In this document: positions 1 to 11,322 of the stretch, piece after piece
Position numbering within the stretch: position 1 is the stretch's first letter
Layout: each line of letters starts with the position of its first letter
From: Octopus vulgaris
Taxonomy: Eukaryota
Assembly: GCA_951406725.2 (NCBI GenBank)
Contig: OX597819.1
Location: forward strand, 19,530,001-19,594,000
Direction of reading: 5' to 3'
Length of the DNA: 64,000 bases
The notes under the pieces: generated by a model
What the model was told of the DNA's origin: nothing
Databases searched by the model: none
What the model saw: only the letters and a program-made list of their open reading frames with translations
Program-made: the position numbers and the translations under genes

Positions 1-656
1 ACAGGCATGTCTTCCACATTTTAAATCCATATTCCTACGCTCGTGAACACACTTTCAATTGCTAGGTCAAAGATTCGAATTCGAGTAGTGTGTTCTGTTC
101 TTGAGGAGAAAAATTCATTTTTCGTTGCTCGAATTCACATGCTTGTATATCAGTAAACTACGATGGGCCAGCTGTTTTTTTTCGGGGACGTGTTTTGATC
201 TTGGTCACGTTTAAGCCATGGAAACTGTTTAAACGGCGATATAAACGGCCGTATAACTCGAACCACCAATATCCTGGGGTCACCTTAAGCCTTGCAAACC
301 TATGCAAGAAGCTGTTTCAAATATGTGATTTGACGATAAAATTTAAATACGTATGTTAGCGTTAGATCAATTAAAGGGGTGATAATTAATATTTATTCAT
401 TGTGGTTGTATTTCACAAGGTTAAAATGAACTTATTTCTAATGAACGATATAAATACCAGCAATCCTATTTAAAAATTTTTTTTTGTATGAATCGACCCT
501 AAAATTTGATTTTTCAAAGCCCGATACTAATTCTATCTATTTGTATAGACAAAGCTCTAAGTTACGGGGAAGGAAACAAACGAACATACTTTGGCAACTG
601 GTGGCACGGACATAAAGACATCCACACACGCGAGCGCGCATATACATGTATCTCTG

Positions 657-712
<56 letters not shown>

Positions 713-996
713 CCAATTAAGGACTGAACACGAAAAGTGGACAGTCAAAATGCTAGATATAGACGTCAAATCGCCATTCTCCACAAAAAATTATGTTCTC
801 AAATCAATGATTTGAGAACATAATCTTTTGTGGAGAATGGCAATTTGACGTCTATATCTAGCATGTTGACTGTCCACTTTTCGTGTTCAGTCCTTAATTG
901 GCATATATAAATATTTTAATATTCGGATTCTTTTTTAATATGCTAGACCACTGGTTTTAATTGATAAATATCAATTTCTACCCTTAATTAATTTTA
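713..996. mobile_element. Fold-back element: 189 bp palindrome (713-901) plus ~95 bp unpaired tail, inserted in (TA)n; probably a Penelope-type terminal remnant
   Basis: Arms 713-806 and 808-901 are reverse complements with 3 mismatches around a 1-nt centre (807). Flanked by TA repeats. The family assignment rests on architecture only. Confidence 0.6.
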
Positions 997-1022
997 TATA
1001 TGTATATATATATATATATATG

Positions 1023-1115
<93 letters not shown>

Positions 1116-1128
1116 GCGTATGTGTATA
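995..1128. repeat. Compound (TA)n/(TG)n microsatellite
   Basis: Direct reading. Confidence 0.95.
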
Positions 1129-1232
1129 TTTTGGAACAAACAGTAAGTTGTCATTGCAGTATCCAGAGTTATACATATATAAATAATCCCCTATTTACCT
1201 AATATAGAGGTCTCTCATTTGTTTTCACCTAC

Positions 1233-1269
<37 letters not shown>

Positions 1270-1272
<3 letters not shown>

Positions 1273-1673
1273 TAGTTTTAGTTTTATATCGTACTTTCAC
1301 TTCACTACCGAGCGCAGCTCTGTGTGCCTTGGGTATGCTCTGTGATTTGTTGTGATGCTCTGATGTTTATTGTATGGAAAGTGTTCTGCGTAGGATGTGT
1401 GCAGTGCCTAGTAGTGCAATTTTCTGTATGTTATATGTGTTTGTAAGTCCTGGTGTTTTTGTTATGTATTTGTCTGAATATTTTTTTATCATGCCTAATT
1501 CACCTACTATGACAAGGATTGCTTCTGCTTTTAGATTCCACATTCGGGTTACCTCTATTTCCATGTCTTTGTATTTTGAAAGTTTCTCCATTTCTTTTAG
1601 AGAAACGTTGTCATCTGCTGGTATTGATACATCAATTAGAAAGCATTTTTTTCTTCCTGATCTCTGACAACTA
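1270..1673 (-). mobile_element. 5'-truncated R4/Dong-like non-LTR retrotransposon (restriction-like endonuclease C-terminus and 3' UTR)
   Basis: Minus strand reads IVVRD..(frameshift)..CFLIDVSIPADDNVSLKEMEKLSKYKDMEIEVTRMWNLK...IVGELGMI...IQKIALLGTAHILRRTL*, which matches the RLE domain C-terminus. (TAA)n lies on both sides. Confidence 0.85.
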
Positions 1674-1681
1674 TTATTATA

Positions 1682-1757
<76 letters not shown>

Positions 1758-1790
1758 TTATTATCATTATTATTATTATCATTATTTTTA

Positions 1791-1877
<87 letters not shown>

Positions 1878-1887
1878 TTATTATTAT
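1672..1887. repeat. (TAT)n/(TAA)n microsatellite
   Basis: Direct reading; a shorter run lies at 1233-1269. Confidence 0.97.
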
Positions 1888-2374
1888 ACAGAGAAAAAAG
1901 GAGTTTTAAATCTCTGAGCGAGTGATATGCTGTAACTATACTGAATAGTAAATTTTATTTGCCGACAGAATGTGTTAGTCCTGTACAAAGACTGTACAAT
2001 GTTAGTGTTGTTTAGCCATAGGAAAAACATCTTCCTGCTGGCTATCGACACAGTCTGTGTCCGTACAGGATAGCGAGGAGGTCATTGCTAGAGAAGGGGG
2101 CGATGTGCTCCTTTGCTTACGCCATACAGACACAAACTGTGTGCCGACGGCCCGGCTGGAAAAAAAAATTGTTCCTGTGGTTAAACAATTATAACATCGT
2201 CTTTGTACAGGACTAACACTTTCTGTTGGCAATGAAACTTTACTACATATTTCTTTCTTTCTTTCTTTCTGTCTATCACCATATTGATTATACTGCGCAG
2301 GTAACAATGTTGCAGCTATGTTAGATTATTGATATTGCTGTTGTTGTATGTGCGGAATAGGTTTACAACACATC

Positions 2375-2440
<66 letters not shown>

Positions 2441-2442
<2 letters not shown>

Positions 2443-2897
2443 TCTCCTTCCACGTGACCGGTGTCCAGCCAGCCATGATCTTCCTTTACTGACCTCACTG
2501 CCGACCATCAACACGTTTTGTGTCCATCTCCCATGTCCTTGCCTTTAGGCTTTTATTTCTTACATGTCAGCTCAATTTGATTCTTTCTCAGTCGAAAAAC
2601 GCCTGTTGTTATTCATGTTCTCCATTTTTTTTCGTCTTTGTTGCCGTACACATTCGCTAGCATTCTTACAAAGGGGTCTAATGCTCTTAGCTTAGACTTT
2701 TTTGGAGACTACCAGATCGAACCATCTCAAGTGTAACTGTCCAAACTGGCCGTGACCTCTGGTACTTGACTGATGAAAGAAAGCCAAGAACGACCCGTCT
2801 TCTTTTGCCTGTCATTCTAATTGTTTCTCTTGTCCGCCTTTGTGTCGTCTATCTATCCAAACGTTTTAATGCCCTCTAATACGTTTTTGTTACATTT
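2441..2897 (+). mobile_element. Degenerate interspersed repeat between (TA)n runs, possibly a Penelope-like terminal region
   Basis: Starts near CACGTGA, is T-rich, and has a CTGATGAA motif at ~2770 followed by a pyrimidine-rich tail ending in TA. Layout resembles 8800-9520. Confidence 0.35.
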
Positions 2898-4364
2898 ATA
2901 TATATATATATATAAATATATATATGTATATATATGCCTTATATAAGAGATCCACAAATTCTAAATATAGAAAACGCTTTGTTGCGCTCAAATTATTTGT
3001 ACTCCCATTTCACAATTCCTCGGAGTAAAGGATGGCTATGTAAGGAATCCAATTGTGCGAATAAAAATTATTCAAACTACTTGGGTTTGGTATACAAAAT
3101 GTATATACATGTAACTAAAGAAACAGTAAAGACTCAAAATTTTTCAGACAATAAATATTCAAGCGTAGATATGCAAAATGTTATATACTAAGAGAGCGAT
3201 CTTTCACAGTGTAGAAACGACAGAGAGAATTAAAATGGAAACATTATTATAATTTCGACCGCAGTTTGTCGGGTTTCGGAGATTCTTCACGCCTATAACA
3301 TCTTTATTAACTCGGGAAGAATCTTTTTTCGTATCGTATTCTATATTGTTTGTGCAACTTGTTCATTTCGTATAGCGTTGTAGTACTTTGATGACATTTT
3401 CGGGTCAGCTGCTAATAACATATGGGAGGTTTTCCATAAACAAATTGACGCAATCTGCATTTTCTGTTGCATCTTGGACCTCCAGTGCATCACTGTCTCT
3501 CTTGTGTATTCGGTATTTCATAGAAGTCTGCCGGAAGAATATCCATGCATGACTTGCCAATAAGAGACCTTCACATCCAAATATTTTTTTCGTACGTTAG
3601 TCACACTGATTTGGAGTTTTATGGACGGTCATCAGGAAAAGAGTGCTTCCCGAGGAGTTCGCTGCCGATATGTAGGATATTATAGGATATTGTCTCTTTC
3701 TAAGCGATTTCAAGTTGCCAGATTTTTATGAGTCTGGCACAATATTCTCGAGTCGCTCTATTTACAGAACCTTCGTATGAGAATTTCATAATTTTGACCA
3801 AAAAATAGCAATGAGCAATGTCTCAGAGTAGTCAGACGCATGTATTTAAATAGCAAAGATAAATACTGGTGTATGAAATGCCATAGGACATAATTAGTTG
3901 ATTTATTAACATTTTCTCCGCCTCGAGAGCATGTTCCGTAATTAATAAATGACAAATACGAAATATAAGATGTGACTAATATTTAAAGTTGACAGGTGAC
4001 AAAAGAACAGCTATGGACACCTGTTTGCGGCTCACTAAATGTCACACACACACACGTACACACTCACCTTCTGAAGCATGACACCACTTGGACATGTATG
4101 TATATTTATTTGTTTGTTCTGATGGACAAATATAGTCATGTGGTGTAGTTCACCCAACTCTTATTTGTACTTGTCCATTAAACAAGTTGATCGCTCATTA
4201 ATAATTTGCATTACTAATGATATAGACATAATTTATCTAGTCATTAATTATGCATTCCATCGCTATATTCTTCTTAAATTATAAAACTTCAATTACCCAA
4301 ATATTAATTATACAGACTTTGTAAAACCATTAATTATACAATGATATTCATCATATAAATATTA

Positions 4365-4467
4365 AATATATTCATTAATTATGTCGATGTTAATTATGCA
4401 GGCATTCATTATGCTCACATTCATTATATTGCCATTAATTATATTGCCATTCATTATACAGACATTA
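4365..4467. repeat. Degenerate 15-bp minisatellite (CATTMATTATNNNNN)
   Basis: Units cattcattatgctca / cattcattatattgc / cattaattatattgc / cattcattatacaga, with more decayed units upstream to ~4240. Confidence 0.75.
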
Positions 4468-5270
4468 GAGAATCATTAAGCGTTTTGTTAACTTTACAGT
4501 TTAATTATTTGACTTTTATTTTGTTTTCTCCCGACCGTACTTGTGATGTGAGTCGCATTCATTTTTGACATGAGACAAATTGTGTCCGAGGTTTTGACAC
4601 TTAGAATGTACGAAAATATGGCTATCTTGAAAATTGTATATGACCAACACGGCATCCAATTTAGCAGCATTATAACTAGAGTGCATTGAGATATGACTCG
4701 ACTTGTCTGCCAAATGTATCTCAAATAAAAGCTTAGATATAAACTAATGGTCATCTTAGATAATATGGTATTAGAGAGAGTGGAAGAGTAAAAGCAGGAA
4801 CATTCATTGTTCTAATAATTCTTCTTGAACGCTTACACGATCACAAGCGGCAAGGGCGATATGTGTGTATGAACAGAAAAACATTCATTCAAATAGTATA
4901 TATATATTTGTGTGCAGGCTTGACCATGTGTGCGCGCATACAAGCTCGTGCATGTAGGTGTTACGTAACTTTAATGAAGTGTTGTCTGATATGTGTCTCA
5001 GGTTTTGTTTTCTGCCAAAGTGATGCAAATAAAAATCTTATGAATGCAATTTCATAAAGCAAAAAAAAAAAAAAAGAAAGGACGATGTATATAGTTCTGT
5101 ACCGTGGAATTTCATTATTTCAAGTTGAGGAATCCTTCTTCAAGAAATCTCCGGCGAAGAGGTCCGCAGCTGGAAATACGGAAAACCCAGGTAATAGTTA
5201 TAACCATTGAACTGTTTTTACATTCATTCTGTACCTTGCATCGGTTTCACTGGTCAACAACAGGTCAAAA

Positions 5271-5271
5271 T

Positions 5272-5312
<41 letters not shown>

Positions 5313-5315
5313 CAT

Positions 5316-5403
<88 letters not shown>

Positions 5404-5424
5404 ATATATGTATATATATGTATA

Positions 5425-5512
<88 letters not shown>
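5271..5512. repeat. Compound (CA)n/(TA)n microsatellite
   Basis: Direct reading. Confidence 0.95.
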
Positions 5513-5514
<2 letters not shown>

Positions 5515-6342
5515 GCAGTTATATAAACACAGACATATCTGTGTTTGTCTGTGTGTCTGTGTGTATGTATAAATACACAAACACATGCTCATACGCGTCT
5601 ATATTTGCATCATTTCGCAGCATTCTTATAGACTGAAAGACTTTAATTCCTTCATGTATATATATATATATTCATTGATATACATTTATTGCAGGAGAAA
5701 TCAGATAAATAGTAGAAGAAAATATGCCAAAGATTATGGCAATCTTCGTAATCAATCTTAATATTCGCCACAAATCCGTTAAGTCTAAACCTCGTTTGGA
5801 TGTCCCGTGATGGATGTAACTGTGCGCCTTTCGTTCAACATTGTTTATATCAGCGGTGTAATCCAGCATTAGATTTAACCGCGAGCAATATTTCGCAAAA
5901 TACGAACGTGCCAAGCTTAAGAAAATTTTACTAGGAATTTCCACTCTCAGAATTAATCAGGAACGGAATAAAGAATTCTACAAAGACAACGAGTGAATAC
6001 CTTGAGATATGTCTTGACATATTTTCATAGGAATTTAAACAGTTTGGTAATTCTAGAATTCATTTATTATTCAACGTCTCTACAGAAATATTATTTTACG
6101 TTTCTATTATTTAAATATATTCGTTCGATTTTGTTTTTTTAATTATATTTATTCAATACGTTTTTATCCATATTTATTTCTTATCCTTACAGTCTTCGTT
6201 TAACAATTTCTTTAAATTCTAAATTCTAATTCCATAGATTCGTTCACATATTTTCGAGATTTGTCAAAGACTTTCAGTTTCAATGAGGATTGTAAATTTT
6301 AGTATTGATGGAACATCAATACTTAATATTGTCATTAAATAA

Positions 6343-6566
6343 TCTTCTTCTTCTTCTTCTTCTTCTTCTTCTTCTTCTTCTTCTTCTTCTTCTTCTTCTT
6401 CTTCTTCTTCTTCTTCTTCTTCTTCTTCTTCTTCTTCTTCTTCTTCTTCTTCTTCTTCTTTTTCTTCTTCTTCTTCTTCTTCTTCTTCTTCTTCTTCTTC
6501 TTCTTCTTCTTCTTCTCCTCCTCCTCCTTTTCCTCCTCCTCCTCCTCCTCATCATCATCATCATCA

Positions 6567-6633
<67 letters not shown>
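6343..6633. repeat. Compound (CTT)n-(CCT)n-(CAT)n-(TAT)n trinucleotide array
   Basis: Direct reading. Confidence 0.97.
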
Positions 6634-7130
6634 TATACTAGCATCATTTTTATTTGCATCTACTTTCAACCCTGTTTCTATTTCTTGTCGAGTGTCTATC
6701 TGAAATCTAGAGCAGAGAAACGAAGGCCATTAAAACAAGCACACCAGATTGTTGGTTTACAGAGTCATGTGATAGAAAAAAGGGGAGACAGAGAAAAAGA
6801 AGTAAAAAATAAAAAAAAATAGAAAGGAAAAACAAATAAAGTTAAGAAGGAAAAATGTAAGTATATTTACAGCGACGATGCTCTTCTCAATATGTGTGAC
6901 TTACAAGTTGAGACAATCTTTTCCATTTCCTGCATGGATGGTAAGCCAGGGATCGTTCTAAAATAATTTTCAGTTCCTTTTTCGATCATTCCAAGTGCTT
7001 CTACAATCACTGCTATTGTAACAGACTTCAGATGCCACATCTTTTTTATTTCGATTGGCAAATCTTTATATTATCTGTGATTATCAAATACTTTTGCCGA
7101 GATATTATGATCAGTGGGTATGCTCATGTC
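6634..7130 (-). mobile_element. Second, diverged R4/Dong-like RLE retrotransposon 3' end
   Basis: Minus strand reads DMSIPTDHNISAK...YKDLPIEIKKMWHLKSVTIAVIVEALGMIEKG...IPGLPSMQEMEKIV...SHILRRASSL*, homologous to the 1270-1673 copy. The 3' UTR ends in (TAA)n. Confidence 0.8.
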
Positions 7131-7158
7131 AAAGTCTTTGGTGTTAAAGGCATACAAA

Positions 7159-7216
<58 letters not shown>

Positions 7217-7277
7217 TTAAAAGTCAGCTGGAGATGTTCTCCTGGGGCTACAAGCTACAGTAACATCCTTAGTAGTT

Positions 7278-7365
7278 CTTAGCCAGCGGTGGCGTCATTT
7301 GAGGTTAAAAATTGCGAAGGTATTGTGACCACGAGATGTAGCAACACATAGTGGTCGTCACGGTG

Positions 7366-7368
<3 letters not shown>
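7278..7368 (+). mobile_element. SINE/LINE 3'-tail fragment ending in (TA)n, flanked by a 58-bp direct repeat
   Basis: ttagccagcggtggcgtcatttga...tgtgacca...tggtcgtcacggtgat aligns with the reverse complement of the SINE tail at 54221-54320. Confidence 0.7.
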
Positions 7369-7418
<50 letters not shown>

Positions 7419-8799
7419 AGCTGGAGATGTTCTCCTGGGGCTACAAGCTACAGTAACATCCTTAGTAGTTAGCAACATTTAAATGACAAATATACTTCAC
7501 ACACACACACACACATTTATATATATATATGCATATGTGTGCATGTGTGTAAATATGTACGATTTTCAGCGTGTGTGTCTGTGTGGTTTTCAAAGAATGA
7601 CATTACAGAGACTATTTACATAGATCAAAAATAATCAAATAATTTTTCCTGGCAGATCGTATAAAACATGTAAACCTAAAATAAATATATTTTTCTGAAA
7701 TTCTTTACGCTTATCAGACAGATGAATATTAGATTATTTCATAAAATTGACCAACATTCATCTGCTATATGTACATTTACACAGGTAAGCATTCTAATAG
7801 AGATTCAAATCACATACGAAAATTGTCCTTATCAGGAATATAGATTTTTCTGTGAAATATATAGCTAAATTAAATTAATTGCGCCATGATAACATTTTCA
7901 AATACAGACGCTAAGAATGAAACAGCTTGTAGTTTTGTGCGCCATTGTGGTCTATCAGCAAGATTCGCTATTTTCTTTGACCTCTTCAATAACATGATCG
8001 ATTTAAACAACTCTTTCGAAATGCGGCCGATATAATACGTATAATAATACCATTTTAATTCTTTGAATATAATAATTTAAACGACAGTTTGGAAAATGAC
8101 CGGAATTCGATTGACGTTGTTCACATGTTATCAATGGTGGTTCACTTAAGTGTAGACATCTTATTCTCTATTCACTGTCGTGTTTAACACCGGCATACCC
8201 TCTTTGTCTGCGGTTAGACAAGCCCACTTAGTTCTTACAATTCTCTGCTCCCACCTACATATATATTCATTCACACACTTACAAATATGCGCACATGCAC
8301 ACACACACACACTCACATGTATACATATGTGTATACACACTACATAACCATAGATTTCCAGACCGAGAATAATTCAATATCATGCTGCCTTGTCTCTAAT
8401 TTGTGGACATTCAAATGGTGGTTTCGTTCCCATTTCCTGTTCGGAAAGCATGGAGGAAATTTCAAGGATTTTGGGAGGATCCCTCCCCCTTTGGACTAAG
8501 CCATTCTAAAATTTTAGTAATCAACGGCCTTTGGAAATACAGACATTTTCATTTTTCTACTCCAAATCATCAACAAAGAACAGGCAGCCTAAATGCCAAA
8601 CGACGAAAGTTTCCTAATATTTTATTATCATCAGCGAGATTTTTATAATAATTATTTGGGATATTTAAAATATATCTTCCAGGTTACTGATTGTAGTAAC
8701 CCAAATCTACACGTATGTTTATTTATGCAGATGAACAGATATTTTGTTTTATTCCGTAGAAGGAAGACAACAATGATGATAATCGCAAAATATCTGAGA

Positions 8800-9680
8800 C
8801 TCACGTGGATTAGTCCCTCTGATTTCTTTTCCCTCTCTATTCTTCCTTACTCCCACTTTCCTCCGCTGCTCTTGTTCTTTAATCCCTCTACACCCTACAA
8901 CTCCCTCTCTCTCTCTCTTCTATCACGTGATCACTAGCTCATCCAGGTCAGTCTGTTTCATCTGACCACCCGCTCATTCTTTAAGACTTCGATTCTTCCT
9001 TTGCGCCAGGCTACTACTTTCTTCTGATGGTCGAAAGACCCATTCTGTTATTTATTTATTTAATTATAAATGTACAATTATTCTCATCTTGTTGTATAAC
9101 CGAAAGGCATTTGTCCTTTGTATCTGTAAAATTCTTTCTTTTTATTTTGCACCTGTATTATATTTTCTTCAAGTTACGTTTGTCTAAATGTCAAATATTT
9201 ATTTATTTGTTAATATACAATTATGTCCGCCTTGTATTGCCGAAAGGCGTTCGTCTGTTTTATGTCCATCATTCTTACTTCCATGTTCTTGTTTTCGTTC
9301 TTGTATACATTCCTTTGCATTCCTCTGAAGCTTAATGCTCAGCCACTTGCCAGATTCGAGCGGTCACAGAGATCAAAACAGATGCGAAGGCGCTAGGAAT
9401 TTTTGAACCTCTGACTGAGGAGGAAATCTGCTGCAAATGGTCCATGTGTCCACTTTCCTGTTTTTTATATTATTTTCAAATTTTTCCGTATGCTATTCAT
9501 TCTCTCCTACCCGTTATATATATATATATATATATATATAGATTAATCAAGATTAATCAGCCGAAATTGCGAGGATGATCCGGTTCTTGACTGAAGATTG
9601 AAGGCTTCGAATGTCCCGTCAGTGTTTTTTGTATCGTCTTCTAAATGTTTTGCGTTCTTGTCCCAGTTTGTATTTTTTAC
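8800..9680 (+). mobile_element. Degenerate repeat(s) with repeated CTGA(N)GA and CCGAAAG modules, possibly Penelope-like terminal regions
   Basis: Motifs ctgatggtcgaaagac (~9023), ccgaaaggc (~9100, ~9240), ctgaggagg (~9415) and ctgaagattgaaggcttcgaa (~9591), each followed by T-rich tracts, with TA runs at ~9515 and ~9680. Confidence 0.35.
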
Positions 9681-9710
9681 ATATATGTATATAAAACTAT
9701 ATAATGACAT

Positions 9711-9818
9711 AGATAGATAGACAGATAGATAGATAGATGGATAGATAGATAGACAGACATATAGATAGATAGATAGATAGTTAGATAGACAGACAGACAG
9801 ACATACAGACAGACAGAC

Positions 9819-9881
<63 letters not shown>

Positions 9882-9905
9882 AGATAGATAGTTAGATAGA
9901 CAAAC

Positions 9906-9969
<64 letters not shown>

Positions 9970-9993
9970 GGATGGATAGATATATATATATAT

Positions 9994-10046
<53 letters not shown>

Positions 10047-10047
10047 C

Positions 10048-10083
<36 letters not shown>

Positions 10084-10091
10084 GGATAGAC
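9711..10091. repeat. (GATA)n/(GACA)n tetranucleotide array
   Basis: Direct reading. Confidence 0.97.
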
Positions 10092-10641
10092 AGCTGCATG
10101 GTTGCATGTGTCAATGTAAACCATTGAGACTGCCTAAAGACATGTATGGAGAAAAATAAATAAGTGTAAATTGGCAAATATAGCATAAAAGAAAATAATT
10201 AAAAAGAATAATTCAGATTGAAGTATTTACCCGAAAATTTGTGCAACGCGTGAAGAGATGGACTAATAAAAAAAAAATAACGGAAGGATATACATAATAG
10301 GGAATATATACATACATAAAAATACACACGACTGTGGATATATTGTATAAATATTCTATAGCAAATAGATCTGAGCATTGTTAAAAGAATGTAGTTGTTA
10401 AAATGTTCAGATAGATTTCAAGACCAAACAAGTTGTAACCTCGGGGGCTATTTCCTATAACTGATGAGACTTAGCCTGTTGTATTAACATAAGAGAATAA
10501 TGCTAATGTATTTGTTGAACAACTTCTGTTTGTCTGTAGCTGAAACACAACAGACTGTTGTGTGAAGAACGGTGCTTAGTGTTAGATTAGAAGAATCTCT
10601 ATGAAATGAAAATTGGAGGTTAATTTAAAACGCGGTCTCTC

Positions 10642-10723
<82 letters not shown>

Positions 10724-10837
10724 GGGCATACGTACTACAGCATGTTGTATAAATAACACAAGCCTGCTTCAAACAGGAATTGTCCCTTCTCTTCTCTATT
10801 TCCTATTCTTCTTCTAAATCTGATATTCGTTTATTCT

Positions 10838-11322
10838 TAACAAATCGATCACAGGGTTTACTCTTTCTAAGCGCGGCACTTATTTTATCGGACACTTTTG
10901 CCGTAAACTCACCAACATCGGTTGTCAAACACAGACACACATATAAATACATACATACACATACATACATACACACACATACGCACACACACACATGTCG
11001 CACAAGTTTATCCTGTCTCCACCTCCAATTCAAACAATGTCTGTGTTCCTTTCTGTCGAAGAGCGTAGGCTCGAAACGTAAAATACTTTCTCACTTCCTG
11101 AGCGTTAAACTAATACAATTGTTTTTGTTTACGCACTCGTCTTCATCTTTTGTATTTTTTGTAAATTCTCAGTTTCTTTCAATTTCCGTCTACCAAATCT
11201 ACTCACAAGGCTTTGATCGGCTCGTGGCGATAGTAGAAGACACTTGCGCAAGGTGCCACGAAGTGGGACTGAACCAAGAACATGTTGTTGGCAAGCAAGC
11301 TACTTCCCACACAACCACTTCT
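10838..11322 (-). mobile_element. Diverged tRNA-derived SINE (family A), split by an insertion in its internal microsatellite
   Basis: The 5' half (11173-11322) and 3' half (10838-10940) match the reverse complement of the 33338-33745 copy. Confidence 0.75.
11035..11170 (+). mobile_element. Penelope-like terminal fragment with a hammerhead-like core (11049-11084)
   Basis: cttt-CTGTCGA-A-GAGC-gtag-GCTC-GAAA-cg-TA-aaa; homologous to 23459-23672, 55590-55722 and 59054-59131. Confidence 0.65.

Noticed and set aside
6305-6703. Poly-Leu and poly-Arg ORFs (also poly-Lys/Glu at 38326 and poly-Tyr at 1519)
   Set aside because: Microsatellite translations.
7220-7470. CRISPR-like repeat-spacer pattern (also 15642-15777)
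   Set aside because: Too few or too degenerate repeats, a eukaryotic context, and no cas genes.
10455-10500. CTGATGAG as a hammerhead core (also CTGATGA at ~14616 and on the minus strand at ~63960)
   Set aside because: No stem II followed by GAAA nearby.
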